A program made the position numbers and the translations under genes. A stretch of 61,946 nucleotides of DNA, the filler included, from Dirinaria sp. TL-2023a (taxonomy: Eukaryota): the NCBI GenBank assembly GCA_051941275.1. It is 2 parts of 2 records of this genome, joined end to end, with 100 filler letters (N's around TTAATTAATTAA, not from the genome) between each part and the next. Parts side by side here need not be neighbours in the genome. Positions count along the whole stretch, not along the records: positions 31,027 to 61,946 come from JAVEBF010000098.1; 1 more part is not named here. One strand, given 5' to 3'. Each line of letters starts with the position of its first letter. Positions within the stretch are counted from its first letter, which is position 1. Positions 51,491-61,946 of this stretch are shown here, piece by piece. Under the pieces are notes generated by a model that was not told the DNA's origin, did not search any database, and saw nothing but the letters and a program-made list of their open reading frames with translations.

Positions 51491-54135
51491 GGTGTTGTTT
51501 GTTTCTTTATTATGACTCGAGGGATTCGATGGGTGGTGTGTAGAGGCAAGGGTAGATCGAGGATGGAATTTAAGCGATGAAGGACTCCACTACTGATGCT
51601 GCCCGCGTTGAAGTCGATTCCATCCAGGTTTTCATGAGATTAAGCTAGTTCAAGCTCATGTGCTGTTAGAAGAAAGTGCCTATGAAGTGAAAAATGGATC
51701 AAAGCGGAAAAAAACAGGAGATTGGATTTTCAGAAGTGTAATTGCTGATAGAGCTCAGTATTGCATGGAGGGAGTTATGTGATCGAACACTTCACCAGCC
51801 TATGCTATACAAGGTGAAGACTTCTCTCGAACGATGTTTCATTTCGCTCTACGCGAAAATGCGCTGTTCCATTCAAACCAATACAGGACTTCGTTCAGAA
51901 ATTTGAGAAGACTGGGAACACAGCCTTCTTGTGAGGGTTAGGGAGTGGAATAATGATTGCATGAGTGGTAAGAATTGGAAAAGAACGCACGAACAGATAT
52001 CAATTTGCATATCGGAGCCCTCTTCGACTACGATTTAATGATTTAACGATATCCCGAAGGGAAGCTAACACTTTAAGCAAGGTTGGAAGATTGAGAAGAC
52101 AGCGTTAGATGAAAATTTTCAGTCATGTCTCACTGCTTATGTTCACCAGTAAATGATAACTTGACTACAGAAAAAACAAGCTAGAGAAAATATTTAAATT
52201 GATTTGATGCTCAACAAGCACGAAACACCGAACGTTCGATAGGTTTTCATCAATTTCCTATCATTACCTATACTATCTATCTTATGCTTACGGACCTAAT
52301 CCTCCTTTTGCGGCTATAGACTAATATACTCAGATGGTGTACCCAATCCTCGCAGAGTCGCTAAAAACTATTAGAAAACTAACCTTGACCAGCTCAATTA
52401 TCTTCACGATCAAACTTGCTAACAACTTGGTTGCGTGAGCAGCGATCAGATACTCGAACTCTTGTTGTAGACACCCAACGATAATATCGGCTTTCCAAGA
52501 ACATGGAATTAGACTCGATTCTGGTCATGTCTTATAGACCCAGTGAAACTTTATTCTGGCTCAAGATTCTATATCTTCCAGAGTCTCTGCCGTTCAGAAA
52601 GATACAGCACGTATCAACGAAGTCATAGGGTTCCCATGAAAAGAGCATTAACTCAGGACGCTTTCGCTCAAACTTTCCTGCCATGTTCGACAGCGATCAG
52701 CCTCTTTTGATCTCTACTTCGCTGTCGTAAAAGAAGAAGGATCTTGTTAAAATGGGTCATATCTGTATAAAACCCTTTATCTCTTCTATAATCGTCTCTC
52801 TTTCATTCAGATCTAATTCTATTCCTTCAATTACGCCCACAGTCAACCTGAGCAGTGGACAAACCCGTTCATTGCGATACTCCTATACAGAATCATGTAC
52901 GTAGAACCCTCCACTATTTATCACGTTTTCCCCCTAGATTACTGCAATCATTCCTCGTGTCATCGTTGACAAGTTGAGTAAAAAGGGAAGTAACTCCGTG
53001 CTCCGTCCATCGTCTTTGAACTTAACTGACGATATCATTCTTCATTTGAACGCTCTCACAGAAGCTAATGTATACACTTATGTCCGCTTTTTTTCCAGAG
53101 AGGATCGCCAGACAGCACAAGTCGTTTTGATTTTACATCATCTTCGCTTGAGTGCTTATATTCTATACTGGGCTTAGGATATACCACGGCCTTGAAAGGC
53201 CCAAAGTATTGTTCTATTCTCATGAAGTCATACTTCAATCACCTCTCTAACTCGGCAACGAAATGACCAGCTCACTATCATCTGGCTTGGATTCTGCCTC
53301 CCGCCTTTTTACAGTTGATGAGACAAGTGCTCGTACCATAGATTATATCATAAGCTTCTGCTAGGTTTCAAGGACTAAATCGACAAGTCAGAAATTTAGA
53401 ATCATAACAAATAACCTTCAACAAAGTCAAACGGAATTTGAAACAGCAATATTCGTGTTTGAGATCTTAGCAGAACAAGGATGAAGAAGAGAACAGAACG
53501 AATAGGAATTAACAATAAATCACATAATTGAGACTTCTTGGAGCAGATTACATGCAGATTCATACAGCAGTCTGAATCATTTACAGATTGACTCAATACT
53601 AATCAATTAATTAGCGTCAGTGTTTCCAGACAAATAGAAGACTTATTCGAATCTGAAACAGATTCATAACAGTGCTGCTCTAAGAATCCATAGAAGCTTT
53701 CGTACTGAAATGACCCACTTTTGAGCCAAATTTATCTTCGCTCCATTTTTTAAATCTTGTCTGTGCTCGACACTTAGCACAACCATGGACACATTCGTCT
53801 CTTCCAGTACCCTGTCACCAAGTCTCTCAATTCTTGGATCAATGTTAAGCTAGTGTCCACGCAAAAACGTCAACAGCGTGTTTCGATCTCAGCGCCACTT
53901 GAGCGAGTATTCCAAGAAGCTGAAATAGCGAAAGAGTCTGTAAGATATACTTCAAAATCTCTTCCTCCTCCTAACAACCAAGAAAACTCCATCAGAAAGC
54001 TGTATAAGCCAGAGCTTCTGAGGATCGAGGATTGGAGTTCCTTTATCCTAAGGTAAACCACGCTGTGGTAGCATCTCAAGGCAGTCAAAGGAAACCAGGA
54101 CCATCAACCAAGAGTATCAAGGTGCTCTGCGAGTC

Positions 54136-54551
54136 GATGTCAACCGCTATCTGCGAGCAGAACGTACTGCAGCAACCGCTTCCTGGTAAGTGCATCCTCA
54201 ACGTTATCCCTGTCGCTGTCAATGCTCCTTGACGATTAGATGTTGCTACTTTGCGACTGCCTTGGTCGATTCATCGGTGTTATCCCTGTTATCGCAGATC
54301 CGACGTCACTGCGGTTTGGTGTTTGACTAACATGTTGATTTTCCGGATGCAGTCAACTCGACAATGGTACGTGCTTCTCATTGCGGTAACCTAGAGATGC
54401 CGAGAACGCATTGCTAACATGTCGTAGGAGCAACATCCTCGCACTCTCTACTGCCGTGAGCCCCTGGAGCGGCCGCCCCCCAGGTACCCCACACTATCAT
54501 GCCTATCGTCTAATCCTCACCCTTGATACGTTGGACAGAGAGAGTCTATGA
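54136..54551 (+). other. Small spliced transcription unit (micro-ORF or lncRNA) with a 14-nt middle exon
   Basis: Canonical introns GTAAGT(54186)...GACTAAC...CAG(54352) and GTACGT(54367)...GCTAAC...TAG(54427); spliced frame MSTAICEQ...ESL* of ~62 aa. Confidence 0.35.
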
Positions 54552-57500
54552 CGAGAGCAGAAAGGCTGGTAGACGCATGGTACCAGGTGCAGAAAACAGC
54601 AAGTGGTGCTGATGGTGCGTGGCACGGCTGACCTGGACTAGGAGGCATCAGTGTCTTGGTCCTACTGCCTGCTGAGCGTCTTTGTCCACTGATCCTCCGG
54701 GTTACCTGGACGGCGAAGGAAGTCGGCGCCATTGCATGGAGCAATCACGAGACTGCATGACCTCATTTCGGTCATCAGTGATCATCACAGCTCGAAATAA
54801 CTCATTAATACGCGTTCTGTTGTTCGCTTCCTGACTCCGATATCAGGCCAGCTGCTTGAAAGCTATCTCAACGACGTTCTTGAGTTCGTTCGATTCCGAC
54901 ATATCTACATGCAGAGGCTTCAAGAACGCTGACTTCCTCTTGTATAGTTTTCGGCAATTCTTCAGAGGCTTCTGGTCAATTCTATCCTGCCTCAGCAAGA
55001 GAGGGGATTGTGAAAGCGAGATAATCGATCTTCCCTCTTGTGAAGTCGGTGAAATCTTTGAAATAGCTCATACAAGAATCATGCGATGTCGTCGGCCGTC
55101 GGTTGGTTTATGTCACCACGCACAGCGGCTGCCTCTCTTCTCTGTCACGCCAAGCTGACAGTCTGGTGCTGTTCTCTATCCTTCACGGAGTACATTAACG
55201 TCGCCGCGCACAGAGATCAGCCTCTGCCCAACAAAACTTACCTCCGCTCTCAATTTCAATCATCCCGCTTGCACCTATTTGGGGAGCGTGGCTCATGCCG
55301 AAGGGACAAGTTTCGGCGTTAATGAGTTTGAAAATGGCATTAGCTTATGTCACGATCGCCTTGAGCCGGTACATCAATTCATGCGGAACTTGTGATAATG
55401 TGAGAGCTAATGCTTGAATAGATTGCTCAAAAGCTTCGCGCCCGCGTTAGAGCGAATGCCAACTTCCGTCAATTGCATCGTCACGGGTTTTGCTAGCTTT
55501 TTAACGATTCCCTAGTTTTCTTAGGTCCTTACCAGTGAGATCCAGGCCTAGAAACCAGCTAGACTGTGCTTGTTGTGGATCTCCTGGATTGAGCCCTAGC
55601 AGTACATCTCTGCTGAGAAAACCCGATTGATGGTCATCATGCCTTCAGAATCTCCGCTAAACACCAAATGACAGCATCCCAGGCCCAAGAGCTGTAGGTC
55701 CCGAAGAAATTTTCAATGCTTTAGGGAATAGAGCAAAACTTCTTAGCACAAAAAGCGATCGAAGCCATGGCGAGAGGGAGAGGGACTGCAAGCCTTCTTG
55801 AGTTTCAGAAGAGTAGTGGAGATGATCTGATCATATCCAAGACCAAGAGTCGGACTTCAGCCTTATCCCTGTACACTTCATTAGGCAAGGCTCGAAGAAG
55901 AAAAGCATTAGAGAAATCTGCAACCAAGGACAGAGCAGAGCATCCTGAAACCAGTCAGGAGAAACCATTTATCTCATTGACGGACGAGAAGTTATTAGAA
56001 CTGATAAGTGCGCTATTGACGAAACGTGAAAGAGACAGTACCGCTGGCTATGCTTGATCTTTCCAAGGTATTCTGTACAAAGAGTATGAATATCTGGCTT
56101 CGATGAGAGGTTCAGACGGCCATTATACTTGGTCCGACGCTGATCTAAGCCTGTATTATACTCTCATGATTAGATCACTTCCGTGCCAGAGTCAACTTAC
56201 CCCATTTCGGAGCCAAAGGGATCCGCAAGAATGCAGAGAAGTCTACCGCAGACCTCAGAGATAAAAATGGAAAGTTCAGAAAGACCAAGGATACTGAAGA
56301 AGCCAAGGCCTTAATTTATTGCCGATGTTCTTCACAGCGACAAAGAGAACGCGCCGATTCGAGTATCATCGGATCGGAAGTCGGTCTGCTATGAGGACTG
56401 GAGGTGATGTCGTCAGAGCTAGCGATGTCTAAAAAAAGGCGTTCTCAAGAGACAAAAGTACCATCTTTGATTCAATCATCCATAGAATTCGCATATCGCG
56501 CTTGATTGGCATTGTCCTCTCCTAAGAAGCCTGTTGAACGGGACATAACCGTGGAAATGTCCGTAAAGTCAAAATTCTGATGCAAAACAAAAAAAATACG
56601 AGCAGCGCATCTTCGAATTAGTCCGAAGATATTGAATTTACTGAACTTCACTTGACGACTTGATTTCGAACGACATTCCAAATGTCTTGGCACCAAGGGA
56701 ATGGAATTGAAAAGGCAATGCAAGTTCTCAGAAAAAAGACGAGCGCTGTGTCGAGTACGTATTCTCTATGAATACTATAATGATTGTGCTTATGCTCTGC
56801 AGTGTCCAGGAAACAGTCGAAATCTTCTCCGCTCGTATCGACCCTCGATGTGGTAGCTACTTTCCATTAGACTTCAGTTGATTTATACATTAAGTCTATG
56901 CGAACGATATGTACTACGAGTAGTAATCGATAGCCCCGCGAGGCGGCGCCTGCGGAGGCAGAGTTCTTAGTCAGCTGAACACAGGCTTGGGTTATGCTTT
57001 CGGGTGAATGATTATGGATTCGAAGTTCAGCCCGCGATTACCCCTTTTGATCATTCCGACAGCAAAATACTCTCTTTTAATTCTTTGAAATTTTGATCTT
57101 ATTCTTGTGCATCTCTCAATGCCAAGTCTCTGTAGTCATTATCTGGTACCGACTTATATATATCCCATCAAAACTGGCCATCACACTCTCAGTTGCTTAC
57201 GCATGCAAAAATGGCGATCTCTTTCTGGCGTCGATACTCCTTTCTATCAAATACCTTCTCTCAAAACGTGAAAGCCAATGCTTAGTGGCAAGTGACCCAG
57301 AGAGCTCTTCAGCACCTTTTACTTTGATCCAATCCATCCTAATTATGAACAACCTCCCAAGTCACCGTACTAATCGACCTGTCTTCGCTCTTAACCGCGA
57401 ATTCTAGGGTACGTTTTAAAAACACCAAATTCGAGAACAATCTGAATTTGGCAAAGGTGTGAAAAAAATATATCATAGAACTACTCACCTGTTAAGTTTA

Positions 57501-58699
57501 GCCTCAAAACATCAGACTCATAAAGTCCTGCCCCACAAACCATTCACAAAACATGCTATAAACCGTCTTATTCATACACGAATTTGAGTATCCTAAATTG
57601 ATATATAAAAAATCCAACAGATCATTCATTACCTAACTTATGCAGACATATAATCTTTTGGTGACAGGTCATGAATGGGCCGAACGTTACAATAGGCAAT
57701 GTATCTTAAAAAGGGGGGTTTTCTTTCTTTTTCTCAGAATATGCCGTCACAAACGATCATTGCATACTAGAGACGATCAGAATAGTCAATATTTTCTTTT
57801 ACGACGAGATCTAGCGTCGAAGCTTTACATAGATATTGGGACTGATATCTTAACAGCAGCAGACCTGAGGTCGTGGGGACTCCTTTCTGCGCATATCCAG
57901 TTCCATTTTCCTCTTCGACAGATCCAAAAAACCAACATGCTTTCCAACATTGATATGCTCGGTCAATTAATTATAGAACTTGGAGATTCCGCAGAACAAC
58001 TCGATCTGCCAACAAAAACCTCAACAGCATTCATCCTGAACATTATTCTATCTACATCTTAGATACGCTCTCTTAAAAAGATGGAGAAAGCTTCCGTTAT
58101 TAGAACAAACCCCGCGATAGGTCACATTTATTGCTCAGACGACTTAAGTTCAGTACATGTCAAAACATTTATAATTAGTGCTCAGACAACTGAAGGTCCC
58201 TCGTTAGAGATCTATACTACATAGTCTAGCATACACAGTAAGTCTTCAAAAATCACCAGGTTTTAAATGCACCTCTGTTTCCTGACAAGAACATCCGCAA
58301 CGAAGGAATATGGTGCATAAAATGATTTATGAGAGCTTTAGCTACATTTGCTGTGATCACGTGGAAACTATAAGTACTTATAAAGACAATGTCATCGATC
58401 AGAAGTACGATCATATCGGTCTTCGATGGTCTCGGACATTGAGTGCTTTCGCGTAAGAGGCACCGAAAGAGTTGAGAGAGACGTCAAGGGTAGAGTAGGG
58501 CCAAAAGGAACGACGATAGATTTGAGCAGAGCGATGGAGAGTGTCGCAGGTTAAACTATATGATACTCCATTCATTCCCTCACAGCTCAAATCCTCAGTC
58601 GTTCTTTCACTTTTACTTTCGTTGATCAATATCAGATAATATCAAGGCTACGATTCGTTTCACTTCGAACGTCATACCGCTACTTATATACAACGTTAT

Positions 58700-59392
58700 C
58701 TGTCCGATACAACTGTGGCCGCTGAAACGATCAATTGTCAATCTTGCGAAGATAGTAGAGAGAAAGCCTCGCTGCTGACTTCCACCATATATATCGTCAA
58801 AATGAGTCTTTGCGCAGATTTCGCGAAAGTTGCAAGTGAGCGAAAAGATGAACGCGAACTGTATCGAGTAACATCATCGTCTATTTATTCTAAAACCCCA
58901 GAGAAAAAGTTTTTAAATATATATTTACTATTTGTTTATTGACAACACTCAATGTTTATTCAACGCAAATGCGTTGACTCAATTGATTATGATCAATCGT
59001 TTATATGAATCTCATGAAATCAATTCATTGACTCGATCTCAATTTATTTGATTATACTCGTTTTTATTTGCCGAGTTTATACGATCAATTGCATTGAAGA
59101 AAAAAAATCACGAATCAAACAGTCGACATGTATTTCGAACGCGATAAATCTTCGACTTCGAGATCTCAAGAATATAATGTTGGCATGAATAATAATTCTG
59201 ATGCGTCGTTGAGTGAAATCGATTTCGAGATTGAAAAAAAAAAATTGTTTTATGTCGACACAGATGTACTGTCATTGAGAAACAAAACGCTGAGACGAAT
59301 GATGACATAAACGATAAACAAAACGATGCGATCGAAATGTTCTCTCGTGTTTCTTCGAAACATTGAAAGAACGAATAATGAAATAATACATC
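58700..59392. repeat. AT-rich, heavily mutated relic (probably an old repeat or TE fragment)
   Basis: Near-absence of CC/GG with CG and CA/TG retained; sharp return to normal composition at ~59393. Confidence 0.55.
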
Positions 59393-59948
59393 AGGGGCAA
59401 GATGCTATTACAGGATGAAGACGAGTACCGCACAAAACGGACGAGAATTAAATTTCAGCAGTTCGAGAGACTTCGTCTGCTTGGTACTTATGGCGATTAC
59501 ATCGCCATATTCCTGGCGGATTCCAGATGAGGGGCCAAAAGGAATCATAATAGCTACATTGACAGCTTCACGTATTCTCAACTGGTATTGGTCAGTCACT
59601 GTACTGAACCGATGTGAACAAGACCCTCCGAGAGGTCGCTGTCCAAGGCCAACTCTTTGTATGATGAACCAGTCATACCTATAGCTGAACTTGATAATCT
59701 AAAATCGATGCCGCTTTACCGTGGATTACTATCTGACAAATGGTTATTCTACATGAGAAGTATCCCGGCAAAACAACATGCTAAGGAGTAGCCGAATAAA
59801 TTAAAAATGCACACAGGTCCTCTGAGAGACGGCATTACGGCAAACGGGGTACCCCATAAGGCGGATACGCGAATGTGGTCAATTGGCGTATCCCATTGTA
59901 TACGGATATGTGCAGTTATTTTGGGAGAAAGAAAGCGGACCATGGTAA

Positions 59949-61368
59949 ATGGAGTACGCTGAAAAAGGGCTAAGACGAACACCACTTCAGTCATTCAGTA
60001 TAGCGTTACAGCTTCGGAGGACTTGGGTATTGAAGAGCAGGGTAGCAGTGAGTAAAGAAAGAAAAATCGAGTTTCTCGTTCTTCTCGAAACAAAATCTCG
60101 GTACGAGTCTGCGACAAGAGAAATAAGAAGCATCGGACTCAATTTTTTCGAAGATCAGAGTCAGTTTTGTGATTCGATTACTTTCAGAGTCCCACATCTT
60201 TTTTTTGGAATATTCGAATAATTATCTTCAATTACTCAATCTTAGAACCTCTTCGATGAATTGAGAATTCAATTTCATCATTGTCAGCTTCAACATTTGT
60301 CGATGAGCAAAATTTCTCACACGTCGCTATCAGATAATCACCAGAATTACCGTTTGCTCTTTCCCTTTTCCCCGTCAAGTGGCCTTGGCGCCCTTGGCGC
60401 CGGATGTATTTAGCAGTCCAAAGAGATAGCTTCAGGAGAACAATCATCCTTCACCAAACTTCAATTCGCGTGCATAGCAATCAGTCGAAAGAGGCAATTT
60501 ATCGTTGAATTCGATCGAGTGCTCGACATTTTACCTGTCCTCTGACACTCAAAGCAATCCCAGGAAATCAACATTGCGTAATACAAAAGGTAAGTAGTCT
60601 CAGAGACTTCCATGAGTGTCGCAGAAGTTACATCAAGTTCATAGCTGACTGTGGATGACGAAGAACGAGATAACGAAATGACGATGGCGATGACCAGGGC
60701 GATGAAAGTGAGAATATTTTTCTGGTGGGTTTCTCAATAGTTACGGCAGACAGGCTAAGTGAAATCCAGCGACTATGGATTTAGCTTTCATCATGATCTC
60801 TTACGATCTCTCTTCCACTTCGACAACATCGATACATCAACTATGACAGATTAATCGTCGATATCTACTCGATTACTATCGTGAACGATTGAAAACCATG
60901 CTGGGCGAAAGCGAAGAGTATAAGATATCCGAATTGAAAGCCTTAAGGGGCAAGAAAGACCAAGAGAGGAGGAAACTGGTCCAACTTCAATTGACCCAAG
61001 CCAAAAAGGCTGCAATGGACGACTTGTGCCAGAAATGGCACTTGAATTTGCCCAACATACTCAAAGAAACTTTCGCTCACCATGACTGCCCTATCCGGGG
61101 AATGGCTTACCAGGGACAATGTGCGGTCTGTGCGGCGGTTTACATTTTTGCAGAGCCGGACATGGTCCAAACCTCGATCCAGGATTCTGAAATAGTTGCT
61201 GAAGGAGATATTAACAAGATCGGTGCACCAAGAGGGTGCTGCGCTGAGGCAGATGTCTTTTGCTGCTTGTCTGGCTCGTCTCGGCATATTAGATATCTGT
61301 CACGAGCAAACGGGCACATGATTCTGTTCTGGGGTACCTTCTCTAGTTTTTTGGGTACTTGTTATTAA
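59949..61368 (+). pseudogene. Decayed gene whose 3' part (60889-61368) carries a CxxC...GCCAE motif
   Basis: Protein-like fragments in several frames separated by TGA stops and frameshifts; the last ORF is ~160 codons with QCAVC...RGCCAEA. Confidence 0.4.
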
Positions 61369-61720
61369 AGTCATGGAGACTGTAAGCTCCAGCCTGAATC
61401 TTCTATCCTTGGATGATTTATCTTACAATCGAAAACAATTAGGCTGTGAGTGGAAGCAGATAGTCACGACACTAACCTAGGCCTACAATGTAGATCAATC
61501 AGCGACTTATCCTTCTGAGTCATAATACAGAAAAATTTTGCGTTGGTTGAGGAGCGATTCGCTACCGCGGTCCTGATATAGGGATAATTTCCTTTGGGTA
61601 ACGAGCAATTTAGCACTGCGACTTCCTGTTATAGGAATCATTCATCATGTAGGTTGATTAGCGGCTCAACACTCTGCGGCGATTTTTTTTTTTTTTCTTT
61701 TTTAAGCTTTTGCTTGATAG

Positions 61721-61727
61721 TATAAAA
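61721..61727 (+). promoter_or_regulatory. TATA box of the gene starting at 61816
   Basis: TATAAAA 95 nt upstream of the ATG, preceded by a poly-T tract and followed by a CT-rich stretch. Confidence 0.5.
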
Positions 61728-61815
61728 GTTTCTATTCGGCGCCGTCATTGCTGTCTCACCATCTCTAATTTCCTCTCCCCCTTGATCTCATATCCATACG
61801 AAATCACAAGTCCCA

Positions 61816-61946
61816 ATGGCGCAACTTCGTACAGTGGAGGAAGTTTTCGAAGCAATTCATAAAGCCGCTAAAGAAAGCGGTGCAGCTTACAAGTCCCACG
61901 AGTATCCTAAATTCGTCGATAATGAAATCGACCAATGGCGTCGTAT
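61816..61946 (+). CDS. 5' end of a gene running off the right edge (MAQLRTVEEVFEAIHKAAKESG...)
   Basis: ATG in CAATGG context, open frame to the window end, upstream TATA. Confidence 0.55.
   Translation, partial: MAQLRTVEEVFEAIHKAAKESGAAYKSHEYPKFVDNEIDQWRR

Noticed and set aside
55767..56057. 96-aa ATG ORF in the gene-poor region
   Set aside because: No motif or supporting splice structure
57640..58062. 140-aa ORF
   Set aside because: AT-rich with no recognisable domain; could be a relic but cannot be supported

Overview
Fungal (filamentous ascomycete, Pezizomycotina-type) genomic DNA with short GT-AG introns and CTAAC/CTGAC branch points. The window is two unrelated pieces joined by an artificial spacer (44 N + TTAATTAATTAA + 44 N, 30927-31026), so nothing can be inferred about linkage across that point. 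The left part (1-30926) is accessory-type DNA. It holds a secreted-protein gene split by one in-frame TAG, two SDR oxidoreductases, a GNAT acetyltransferase, a SesA/HeLo-like-NB-ARC-TPR NLR, a flavin amine oxidase and a Thr/Cys-rich secreted protein. It also holds a frameshifted PY-motif membrane micro-protein, an intact tail-to-tail pair of a trypsin-fold serine protease and an HNH nuclease, and a P450 pseudogene carrying a 115-bp MITE with an 8-bp TSD. The right part (31027-50832) is a core housekeeping block (RSM19, MRE11, aldehyde dehydrogenase, DHA1 MFS transporter, APP1, NUD1/Cdc11). After a ~120-bp tandem repeat it gives way to a gene-poor decayed region. The most notable observations are the protease-HNH pair (candidate protease-controlled nuclease/cell-death module), a non-canonical CC->TC / GG->GA RIP-like mutation signature, the MITE, and a decayed ORF with a CxxC...GCCAE deaminase-like motif. 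Family assignments come from motif recognition only; no searches were run.
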